Below are positions 1 through 10,590 of a stretch of 64,000 bases of DNA, in pieces; the first letter of the stretch is position 1, and each line of letters starts with the position of its first letter. Both the position numbers and the translations under genes were made by a program. This DNA comes from Chrysomallon squamiferum (Eukaryota; Animalia; Mollusca). Location of the stretch: positions 4,402,001 to 4,466,000 of the forward strand of contig CM022670.1 of the NCBI GenBank assembly GCA_012295275.1. The letters run 5' to 3'. The notes beneath the pieces are model-generated. The model did not search any database, was not told the origin of the DNA, and was given only the letters and a program-made list of their open reading frames with translations.

Positions 1-71
1 TTATTTAATGTGGATATAGATTTATAGCTGTCACAAATGTAACTAACTGTTGTATGATTTTTAATTTTCAG

Positions 72-190
72 TCTGAGAGTTCTGCAGCTGAGGATGATGG
101 CGTCCCACAAGACCTTCCAGCCACTGGGTCAATTGTTGTTCAACATGCCACCCTCGAGAGAAGACAGTCCAGTCAGCTCACAGCTTCAAC
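72..190 (+). CDS. fry: furry exon (SESSAAEDD...QLTAST)
   Basis: ttttcag acceptor, AAC|GTAAAT donor; open frame whose phase-2 end matches the next exon. Sequence is poorly conserved. Confidence 0.75.
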
Positions 191-3100
191 GTAAATATTT
201 GTTTTGTTACACTAGAAAGAACTTGTTAGTGCAGGGTAGAGAGAGAATGAGACACAAGCAAACACACACAGAGAGATGTTTATTTAGTGGTAGCAAGATA
301 TGACCAGAAACTGTATTTACTTACTATTTACTTATAATGTGTTCAAGGCTACTTCTTTTGTGTTTAATTTTGCTTGATTAAATCTTTAAAGAACATTTTA
401 TGTATTACTTAGTAACAATTTTTTGTTTTGGTATAAAGTGACAACAAAATCAGATAACTGAGAAATACAACAGTTATTTAGTTTTTGTATTATTCACTTG
501 TTGCTGTCTTAACACATCAACTTTATCCTGCTCAGACCAAATGGCCCAGTACAGCTCTGCATAGCCTTGCTGCAGATCAGCATTCTTATCTTCACAGGAA
601 AAATACTGATGTCCTAAGACAGTAACCAGTTATTCCCTTTATAAATATATATTTATAGATTTTTTTTATCCAGTCGTAGTTTGTGCAGCAATCCCAGTGA
701 GACAGACCTGGTTGAGCTGAGTTCATCGAGGGCGTCGCCGAGCTTCTCACACTTACACAACCTGTGTCTCAGTCTGCAGAGTGACGAGGTGGAGGAAATC
801 TGGAAGAGTCATGTTACCAAAGTCCTCTCTGAGGTGTCCACCTCACACTCACTCAACACCTTTCAGATCTTCCCTCGTTTGTTCAGAGTAAGAGAATTTC
901 ACTTCTGTTGTTTAAAAATTATAATTATTAAAAGTTACAAAATTTAAACATTTTGAATTTTTGTTTTCCAGTTTTGGTGTTTGATTATAATGTGTAATTA
1001 CTATAAAAAGTGCAGGATGTAAAATTGAAGCAATTCTTGTCTGTTGTTGTTTAAAATAATTCTTATTAAATTTCACAAAATATAAACATTATAAATATTG
1101 GTGCTTTATTATAAAGTATAATTATTATAAAAAATTCAGGATGTAAAACAGAAGTATATAAAATTTGATTCTGCATTAAGGTATTATATTAATATATAAG
1201 AAATATATCTTGAAAGAATAATTTCTAGCCATTAGTCATTAGAATAACTTAACATAGTGCTGTTGAAAACCTAATTTAAACCTGTTTGTATATTTGGTTT
1301 AGCTGAACACTATTTGGTTTAACTGCTTAGTTATTTATTGTAGAACTGACTCATTTTGACATAAAACATTTACTTGCAAAAGATTTTTATTCATTGGAAG
1401 TGTGAAATGATAGTCATTGTTCAGAAATAAGTGAATATGCATAAATGAATAAAACAAAGATTATTGTTTACTATTCTTTTATTTTATTATTACTATTTCT
1501 GTTCTTTGATTTTAAAACAGAGAGACTTATATAAATTTTTAGATATAAAGATATATATTTTTTATAATCACTGCAGCATTTTACAGAGTTTTATTTTTAC
1601 ATTTTTTAAACAGGAAGTTAGAAGACGGTTAATGACCATGACCAAGGAATCTTGTTACTACATCTCAAAAACTGAGGGACTGAAATCTGTAGCATCCCAA
1701 ATCCATATCCTTTTTGATGACAACTTATTTTATAAAAATCATAATTCAGAATGAATCTGTATATGATTGTTTAACAATACGTAGCCTGATTTTTAATAAC
1801 AATTGTAATGGTTAATTGGCATAAGTCCTGTTATTTAGGACAAGAGAAAAAGCAAGATGTCACCACAAAGTAAGATAATCTTGTTGATTAGCAGCAAAGC
1901 ATTGTTTAGGGATCAAATGAGTAGTTTAGTGGGGACAATGTATCTAGAGTTACAACCAGACATTGTCCACTGTTAAGTCAGAAATGTTGTTGATTCTTTT
2001 GACCCTGTATCACAAAGATGTGTTTTCTATTTGTTACTAACATCATCATCTTTATTATTACTCTCTATTTGTTTACTTTATGAATTGTTGTTTTTTCCTT
2101 GACGATAATCACTTCAGGTGTTGGATCTTCTCTACATGCAGATGGAGTGTCCATTTATTTTCACTGAAATAGAAACGGTAATTTAAAATTTATATGATGT
2201 AAACAGCTTTTAGATTTTAAATTTTGTTTTTCATTATGGTGCTTGATTATAAAATATTATTATTATAAAAATTATTATATTAAAAATTCATACTGTAAAC
2301 ATTTTCATCATTTCATAAGCTTTCCTTGTCAACTGATAATTAAGAATTTTTATAAGTAGATAGATAGATAGATATAATGTTTGCAGAGCTATAATGACAG
2401 TTTCCACAACAATGTTATTAATTAAATGTGACTTTATGTTTTTTTTAATGTACATATGTTTAAACTTGTATATATGCATGTTAACAAATGTTGCATTGAT
2501 TTTCAGTTGCATGGCACCAGAGTTTTGGAAAGACATCGATTCTGTGTTTTGGAAATTCAAGAATGTTTTGAAACATACTGTATGAGAAAAGACCAGGCTG
2601 AAGAGGTACAGACATACATCATTTTCGTTTCATTATCTTACTTAAATATTAGATAATAAATAAATAAATAAATAAATGTTTTGAGAAATACCTGGAACAG
2701 ATTTTGTATTTAATTTATATTTTATTCAGAGTTTAGAGAGACTGAAGTCGTCTATAAAACACCAGTCACTCAGTGATGGAGGCAGTGCCACTCTGCTGGC
2801 TGGGGAGGAGCAGAAAGTTGATCTGTGCAAGAAGCTGTACAAACTTGTCTTTCAGCTCGTTCTTCTCTTTGAAAGTTACCTTAAACTGCTAGAGGTTTTC
2901 CACACTGTTACATCATCTCCACAGGTACGTAAATCAATCATACTGTGACAAAACAACAATAAAAAGTACTGAAACCACATGTAAATGGACATGTATGATG
3001 TTTATGATCATACATGCACATGGGTTTGGTATTTTGGGGGGGAACAGTGGGTTATGTGTGTATATTCTTGAATATTTACACATATTTTTGCAAGGGATTC

Positions 3101-4060
3101 ACTTACAAATTATAAGTTACATACAAATAAGGATAATACGTCTTGCACGCAACATAATTTAAAAAAAAAAAAATAATAATAACAGTAAATATTTTACACA
3201 CAGGTTGTTGACATGTCTCTGCAAGTGTCAGCTGTCAAGGCAGAGCTTAGTAATGCAATGATGGAGTTAGAAAATGGCCAAGCCTCTCCATTCAATGTAG
3301 ACAGTAAGGTGATGAACAAACACGAAGCTGTCCTCAGTTTAGCTGAGTATCTTCAGAGTCAGCAGTATCTGAAAGCAATTCAGCTGTTACGATCATTTAG
3401 GTAAATATCTTTGTCTTTGTCATTGCTTGCAGATTTGTAATTAGCACTCAGTTTGATTAAAAGAAATTTCAGATTTATAGAGTTACAGTGGTTTACAATG
3501 GTGAGAAGGAATAAAAAAGTCTATTTCAGTAAGGTTAGAGATGAAATATTGTACTGTGACTGAAAATATGTTAATTAGAATGAAAGATTTATAGCAATTT
3601 TTAAGTAATAACAATAACTTTAATTTAGTGTTGATATTAAAAATGTAATTGTTCCTTTGGAATTCCAACTTTATACTTTAATTTGTCGTTATTTATTTAT
3701 TTTTTTTTTTTATTTTTTTATTTTAGAGATTATGTTTTTTAAACTGTCAGTGCCCTTTCATTTCAGATCTTTGTGGCCCAATGATATATTTGGCATGACC
3801 TCAGAAGATGATATCACTGCTCTTCTGAACATCCACTGTAGTGGTTTGGCTGAAAAGAAGACTGGTATGTATATTGACTCAAGTGGTTTAGTATTTTTTG
3901 TCTTTCTGTTTTTTTTAAAGTATGTAGGGTGTGTTCATAATTAATCTAATATACTGTTTGTTTGTTTGTATATGTTTCTATGTGTTTCTTCTGTTTGTGT
4001 ATGTATTGTTTTGTATTTCTTCCTGTCTTCTAAGATTGAAAAAATGGTATCAGTAATATA

Positions 4061-4103
<43 letters not shown>

Positions 4104-4509
4104 TCAATGAATTAAAATTTAAAAGATTCAATATTATTTAAAGCTTACTCATTTTGTCATTATTTTCTGTTCCTACCACTGCTCTATGGCAGTTTTATCA
4201 AGAATCTTATAATATTATTTCATGCCTTTGGAAAGGGCCAGATGGAAGGGTCCTTACAGTAAACTGTTAAAATTATTGGATTTAAGCATGTGAGGTGACA
4301 TATTTCTTGCAGTCATTATACTTAACATAGTTTTGTTTTGTTTTTTTCTCACAGGAATATTTGTGCTAACCAGAGTGGACCTAGAGTTGGGTCAGCTGTA
4401 CACTCAGTTGATGGACATCAACATACATCTCAACACCGGCTATGCCAGCACCATCTCATCTTCCAGTACAGAGCTAGTCCTCAAGACCACCGATTCCAGC
4501 ACCCTTTGA
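72..4509 (+). CDS. fry: Protein furry homolog, 3' part of gene (9 coding exons in window, 410 aa; gene starts upstream of the window)
   Basis: Exons 72-190, 674-887, 1614-1704, 2113-2177, 2507-2605, 2730-2924, 3204-3400, 3767-3864, 4355-4509 join in frame (1233 nt including TGA). Product has Furry C-terminal motifs recalled from FRY/FRYL: ECPFIFTEIET, FCVLEIQE, DLCKKLYKLVFQLVLLFESY, RSLWPNDIFG, LLNI, LMDINI. Confidence 0.93.
674..887 (+). CDS. fry: furry exon (RSLCSNPSE...EEIWKSHV...FPRLFR)
   Basis: tttatccag acceptor, AGA|GTAAGA donor; same frame as ORF 681-947. Confidence 0.88.
1614..1704 (+). CDS. fry: furry exon (EVRRRLMTMTKESCYYISKTEGLKSVASQI), followed by a U12 donor
   Basis: ttttttaaacag acceptor; ends at ATATCCTTT, the AT-type minor 5' splice site. 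Confidence 0.88.
1705..2112 (+). other. U12-type (minor spliceosome) AT-AC intron, 408 nt
   Basis: 5' site ATATCCTTTTT (1705-1715); branch site TTTTCCTTGAC (2093-2103) with branch A 10 nt from the end; terminal CAC (2110-2112). Splicing restores frame: ...SQI-C|TT-QVLD. Confidence 0.9.
2113..2177 (+). CDS. fry: furry exon (LQVLDLLYMQMECPFIFTEIET)
   Basis: Follows the AC acceptor; ACG|GTAATT donor; ECP motif resembles FRY. Confidence 0.88.
2507..2605 (+). CDS. fry: furry exon (LHGTRVLERHRFCVLEIQECFETYCMRKDQAEE)
   Basis: ttttcag acceptor, GAG|GTACAG donor, 99 nt, phase 0-0. Confidence 0.92.
2730..2924 (+). CDS. fry: furry exon (SLERLKSSIK...DLCKKLYKLVFQLVLLFESY...SSPQ)
   Basis: tttattcag acceptor, CAG|GTACGT donor, 195 nt open; absent from the ORF track because it has no start codon. 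Confidence 0.92.
3204..3400 (+). CDS. fry: furry exon (VVDMSLQVSAVKAEL...KAIQLLRSFR)
   Basis: acacag acceptor, TAG|GTAAAT donor; same frame as ORF 3213-3404. Confidence 0.92.
3767..3864 (+). CDS. fry: furry exon (SLWPNDIFGMTSEDDITALLNIHCSGLAEKKT)
   Basis: tttcag acceptor, CTG|GTATGT donor; WPNDIFG is diagnostic of the Furry C-terminus. Confidence 0.94.
4355..4509 (+). CDS. fry: furry last coding exon (GIFVLTRVDLEL...KTTDSSTL*)
   Basis: Long pyrimidine tract then acag; phase matches the previous exon; TGA at 4507-4509. Confidence 0.9.
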
Positions 4510-5915
4510 TAAACAGTCTGACAGCACTGAATCAAATCTTCATTATCTGACGTGAACCATGTATAGTTATTGATATATTTCTGATAACTGTGGCTTTTCA
4601 TCCGAAGAATTCCATAACTGAACAAAAATCACTGTCTTGAAATGTGCATAATGAATTCTAAAATGTGTTAGTTTTGAAATGCTAAGAGCATTTGTTTGTG
4701 CATTTATATGTTTGTCATATATGCAATGGTATATATCCTATTTGTAACTTTGACCTTTTTATATACAAAAACATTTTTATTTTAATAAAACACTGCAGTT
4801 ACTTATTTATACATTAATTAATACTCTGCATCATGTGATCATATGTTGATATAAAATTATTTGAAGAATATATTTGAAAAATATGTTAAAAGAAGATTTT
4901 TACAAATAATTCTGAAAACAAAAATAATACAAAAAAAAAAAAATCCAACAACAACATAAACAGTACAAAATAATTAATTAACATAAGTGAATATAAGTAA
5001 GTATTAAATTATTATGGTTTTTCAGAAGAAATGCTGCAAAAACATTGCACAATATTCTTTAAGCAATAAATATGAAACATTAATTTAAGACAACAAAATA
5101 ATTATCTTCAAGTGAATTCTTAATACAGATATTTTACTTTTGCATGTATTGGCTTTAGAAGTCTACAGTTTTGAGTCCAGTGATACCAAAGTACAGTATT
5201 AAGTGTGATATCACAGCTTCTAGTCATTTAACTGCTTTACTTGTGTTTTTTAAAAAACATTAATAACATGAACTCATTTAATGTCATTTACATCTTTTCT
5301 GTTATGACATATACATTATCTGAGTCAATTAAGCAGTTATTGAAGGCATGAATCTTTGTATAATAATGTTTAAGAAAAGCAGTTGTTTTTAGCATTATAT
5401 TTGTAATTTAATTTGTATCTGTGTGATGATGTTTAAAATAAATGTGAACAATCTGTTACATTATTTAGAATCAACAGATGACTAACATCATTGGAGTTCG
5501 TTTGTCAATATTTTCAAATAAAGTGTTAATAATTACAGATTATTATAACAATGTTTGAAATGACAGTTCTGTTTAGATTTGTTGAAGTGAACTGATATAT
5601 ACTATAATTTTACATTTTATACACTTACAGAAAACTAATTGTTGGGAAATGTTGTTTTTTAAGAGTGAAAATTAATAACATTTTTCTTTTTTTAAATTAT
5701 TTATAATTATTAAAATGATTGTGATGATGATTATACATCTTTTTTAATGTTCTTGATATTTTGAGATGAAAGATATGTTCACCAATTCACTAAGCCATTT
5801 CAGTATTTCTTTACAAATTCAGTAATAAATATGTGCAATTTAGTATTATGAAACTAATCTATTGTATCTTTGTTATTAATGTAAACTTTAAAATAACATG
5901 TTATTGATCATACTG

Positions 5916-5917
<2 letters not shown>

Positions 5918-5966
<49 letters not shown>
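5918..5966. repeat. (TA)n microsatellite
   Basis: Direct reading. Confidence 0.95.
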
Positions 5967-5969
<3 letters not shown>

Positions 5970-5998
5970 AATAAAATCTAAGTTCATACCTTTCTTGT

Positions 5999-6029
<31 letters not shown>

Positions 6030-6634
6030 TGGAAAATTAAATAAAAAATTGGAAATCTATGTACCACTACTAATCATTAGCAATAACATTTAATTTTTAT
6101 TTTTGTTTAATTGTTTGTTTTTTTTTTCTCTCTCTGTCTCACTCCTTTCAGCTGGATGCAATTAAAAAATACAGAGAAAATAGTTTAAATTCAAAATAAT
6201 GTTCTGACCAATTTTCTTATAATTATATGTACTTACATAGATAATACATGTTTATTTTGTTTAATTTTGAAATATCTTGAAATTTTTCATTAAAAATTGG
6301 ATAATTATTAAATAATTAAAAATAAAGAAATAAATATATATAATTTGAAAATTTGTAAAATAAAATAAAATAATTTTGCAAGTTAAAAATAAATTAAATA
6401 AATAAAAATTTATAATAAAAAAATGCTGTATTATATCTTTTTGTTCTTTTTGTTGTTTTTTTCCTTCAAAATGTTTCTTTCTTTGATATTTTTGCAAGAT
6501 TTCTAGGCATTAAATATTGGTATATTTTCTGTTTTTAGTATAATTTATATTTTACTCATCCTGTACAAGATCTGTACTAACATACACACACACACACACA
6601 TATATATATAAATATATATATATTTCTAGAAATT

Positions 6635-6690
6635 AATAAAGTCATTTGATTTAACTATTGATGTTTTATTGTTGTTGTGTTTTTCTTCTC
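6635..6690 (+). terminator. Candidate distal polyadenylation signal of furry
   Basis: AATAAA at 6635-6640 followed ~20 nt later by a GT/T-rich tract (gttttattgttgttgtgtttttc); coincides with the end of the CpG-poor zone. Several earlier AATAAA (e.g. 4784) are alternatives. Confidence 0.45.
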
Positions 6691-6988
6691 TTCATTCCTG
6701 ACATTTAAAGTTTTGTGTAGCTTGCAAGAATTTATAAACAAAGACGTCATTGTCTATATCATTTTTATACTGAACGTGCTAATCATGAAAATTATTCTGA
6801 GACAAGTCAGTGAAAACTACTTTTAAAAACAACACACACAAAAGGAGAAAAAAACTTGGATTTTATTTTATTATTATTTATTTATTTTAATTTTTCGACT
6901 TTTGTTTCTTTTATGTAATCATTATTTTCAATCTGGATGTATGGTGTCGTTTTTATCTATAATCCTGTATTCCCCAATAAATGTGTAT

Positions 6989-7293
6989 GTCAGGATGGCC
7001 GAGTGGTCTAAATCATGGAAATGGATAAAAGAATTAATACTATAAAATACTGTAAATATATATGAATATTCCGAATAAATAAGTATGCGCGCATGTGAGT
7101 GTGAATGAGTGTGTGAGAGGAAACAGTTTTTGTTATTGTTATTTACAGCTGTAATGTTATTTTAATTGTGTACAACTGGTGATTATACTAATAAAGATAA
7201 AAAAAAAATAAGGCGACAGATTTTAGGATTTGTTTCTTTCACATGTTAATTGGTCCATGAATGTGGGCGTGGGTTCAAATCCCACTTTTCACA
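6989..7293 (+). pseudogene. Disrupted tRNA-Leu(CAA) pseudogene with ~200 bp insertion
   Basis: GTCAGGATGGCCGAGTGGTCTAA (6989-7011), unrelated sequence, then TAAGGCGACAGA...TGGTCCATGAATGTGGGCGTGGGTTCAAATCCCACTTTTCACA (7209-7293); anticodon and 3' splice junction are destroyed. Confidence 0.85.
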
Positions 7294-7968
7294 ATTTTAT
7301 TTTCTCTCTCTTAATTTGTATTTATTTATTTATAACATGATACGCATTTAATGCAGTTAGTGTATAATAGTTTTGAATCATTTAATAATAAGGTTTGAGT
7401 TTAATTCATTTGTGCTATTTAATCTTTAATATGTAATTGTGTTCGTGTTATCCATTAATTAGAAAATGTTATTAGACCTACTGCAGTTACTCTCTGACAT
7501 GCCTGTTATTTTAAAAACTAGTTAGTGAGAAGACTGGAAATAAAAAGAAAAAGAGATAAAATCAAACCAAACAATGATTTAGTTTAATCCAAATCAATCA
7601 ATCAATCGATCAAGTAAAATGAAAATGAGCAGGAAAAGAAAAGAACTTGTTAATTAATCAAATTATTTGTTAAATAATATCCTAACATTTCATATTTTAT
7701 GTATTTTGCTAAACAAAGTTATTGTTTTTGTAAAACATAATTTGTGACAGTTACTTACATGTGTTCGTGCGTCCGTGCGTACCTGTCTTTTAATTCATGC
7801 TACAGGATCATTATTGAGTGTCTTCCTTACAGACAGACCCTCAGAAAGATTAAGGTTATAACCATGTTGACTAGAATTACGCAAAAGAGTTATTATCAAC
7901 ATTGTTAATAACGCGGTTTCCAGTGCTATTATAATATAAAAAATATATATTTTGACAATGATACTCAT

Positions 7969-8087
7969 GTCAGGATGGCCGAGTGGTCTAAGGCGCCAGA
8001 CTCAAGGTTTAAAACCTTCATATAACAAATGTGATCGAGTGTTCTGGTCCACGAATGTGGGCGTGGGTTCAAATCCCACTTCTGACA
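7969..8087 (+). tRNA. trnL-CAA: tRNA-Leu(CAA), 35 nt intron at 8007-8041
   Basis: 38 nt 5' exon ending CTCAAG; 46 nt 3' exon with long variable arm and GGTTCAAATCC B box; acceptor stem GTCAGGA/TTCTGAC; T4 run downstream. Confidence 0.96.
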
Positions 8088-8441
8088 AATTTTATATATT
8101 TATTATTATTATTATTATTTACATCCCAATTTTCAAATGATAATAAATATGACTATTTCAAAATATTATCTGAAATAATACATTATTATAATTATTATTA
8201 TTACTATCATTTTACTACTACTACTGCTTCAAAATGATTCTGATAAATATCTTTAACTATTTCCTATTGTCAGTGTTTCCGTAATAAATCACATAATAAT
8301 AATTAGAATTTAAGCTAGTTTAGATGGACGGTGAAAGAAAGAGGGAATGAATAAACAAAATTTAATGACGTAATACACAATGGTATTATATAAAATTATC
8401 AACATTTATTCGAATGTATTTATTTCACATTCCATCTATAT

Positions 8442-8559
8442 GTCAGGATGGCCGAGTGGTCTAAGGCGCCAGACTCAAGGCATACAGCTTTACGCGTTAA
8501 ACGTGATCGAGTGTTCTGGTCCACGAATGTGGGCGTGGGTTCAAATCCCACTTCTGACA
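8442..8559 (+). tRNA. trnL-CAA: tRNA-Leu(CAA), 34 nt intron at 8480-8513
   Basis: Exons identical to the 7969 copy; T5 terminator at 8563-8567. Confidence 0.96.
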
Positions 8560-8679
8560 ATATTTTTATTTTTGTATGTATTTATATTTGTTTTCTCATT
8601 AAACATTTCAACTGACATAAACATTATTCATCAAAACGTTAGCATTATTATTATTATTAATTATTATTATTATTATTAT

Positions 8680-8715
<36 letters not shown>

Positions 8716-9144
8716 GAGTGATAGTGGTAGTAGTTGTCATAGTAATAGTGTTATTATATTTTATTATAATTATTGTTGCTGTTGTTAATTCTTTAAAGAA
8801 TTTGTTTAGCTATTCATCTGTGTGCGTGTGTCCATGCATGCGTGTTTCAGTATGATTTCTGCATGCGAACGTAATGTGTAGTCTAAATATCGGAAATAGT
8901 TCAGTAGTGATCAGTAAATTGTAACCTGACAAACAAAAACTGTAAACTGTTTAAACTTTGAGTTAACTGAGGTGCAAATATCCATACTAACTTCTCGGAA
9001 AATGATCTACAAGATGAACCTCTTTATACATGAATACCAGTAGTAAATGAAATAAGCAAAGTATAAAGGGGATTAATTCAGTTATGTTGACTTTATGGTG
9101 TTAATACAGTTATTTCCCTTGATCTCAAACTTTACATAGGATTA

Positions 9145-9176
<32 letters not shown>

Positions 9177-10552
9177 AAGACCACATACATTTTACATAAT
9201 ATTTAGTATGCATTTAACATATTTACGACATACACAAAAGGAATAAAAATAAAAACAAGAAAAAGTTTGTTCTATTTTTGTTTTCCCAATTTTGCTGAGT
9301 TAAAAGTCTAGCACAGAATTATTTGAAATAATTAAAAATCATGGGCAAAAAGCGAGCCACAGATGGAAATTAATATTAAAGCAACAACACATTAGCTGGC
9401 TTATTTTGTATTTATTCTTCTTTATTAAGACAAAAGGCTATGGTCTTGTCATTCTTGAACAGAGGAAAGTTATTTTAAATGATTGCTTGCAACTAATTGA
9501 AAATGGGTTCATTTCTCGTAATACGTGTGCTCCTTGAGCGTAACAAAAACACATTTTATCACTGCATCATTAAATAATCAGTCAGTAATGCAAGCTCAGA
9601 CGAAGGATCACGTTCAAGTATCAAAGATCTTCAAGAACACATTAACCTTCTGCTGACAGCAATTTAAATTTATACAGATACGTTCACCTTCGTATTGATT
9701 CTGAATTCATCAATTTAGATCCACGACTGTACAAATTTAAGTCTGGACGCAAGTTCAGAAAGAGGCATTAAGTCTTTAGCATCGTAATGTTGCCTGAGAT
9801 TAAATATTTTCGTGTTTGGATAAAACAATTCAAATTACATTTGTAACTCTAGCCTTTGTTCGACAATTGGATAATCAGCGTAATAAGGGAGACGACTCTG
9901 ATAAGCTGTCTTTTATACTGTTAATGGAGGAAATAAATTTGCATTCCAAATTGTTAATCCATAATTTTGTTCAAATATCGATTTAAAAGTAATAAATATA
10001 TAATAAAAAAATAAAAAATAAAAATTAGAAGATAAAATATAAGTGAAAGAAAAAAAAAAAAAGAAAAAAAAAAAGAAAGAAAGAAAGAAAGAAAGGGAAA
10101 ACAAAGAAAGAAAGAAGAAAAGAAGAGGATAGGCAATTTAACATAGACAAATGCAGAATGTCTTACTTCTAACGATTTTTAATTTTTAGGTTACAATTTT
10201 ATAATTGCTAATTATAATCAAAACGATATAAATAAATAATAATGTACTTACGATGTAAATAATTAAAATAATAATACGTTTCATGCATTATTATTATTAC
10301 GTAAATTATATGCGCTGAGGATATTTTATGTATTAGGAACATCGCACTTACCCCACCGTTTTGAAAATAGTTGCTCGTTGTGTAATTTCTTTTATTCATG
10401 TATTTATGAAATAATTCTCTTTCTTTTTAATATTTTGTTTCACCATTTAAAATGATCTTTTATTTTCATGAATTTTTAGTTTATTTCCCATCCAGTTTCA
10501 TAATAAATTTGATGTAACTACTTTTTCAAACTTAATTATATTGAACTAGCGA

Positions 10553-10590
<38 letters not shown>

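Larger units (their letters stand above)
7941..8605 (+). repeat. Left arm of inverted duplication (two tRNA-Leu genes plus ~350 bp spacer)
   Basis: Spacer 8088-8441 aligns with the reverse complement of 16204-16562, e.g. TTTCAAATGATAATAAATATGACTATTTCAAAATATTATCTGAAATAATACATTATTA. Ends approximate. Confidence 0.9.

Noticed and set aside
94-303. 69-aa ORF over the first furry exon
   Set aside because: Wrong frame; the frame that splices to exon 674-887 starts at 72 and ends at the donor at 191.
7952-8682. Repeated ORFs containing MSGWPSGLRRQTQG and ECSGPRMWAWVQIPLLT (also 15881-16611)
   Set aside because: Translations of tRNA-Leu genes and their duplicated spacer, not a peptide family.
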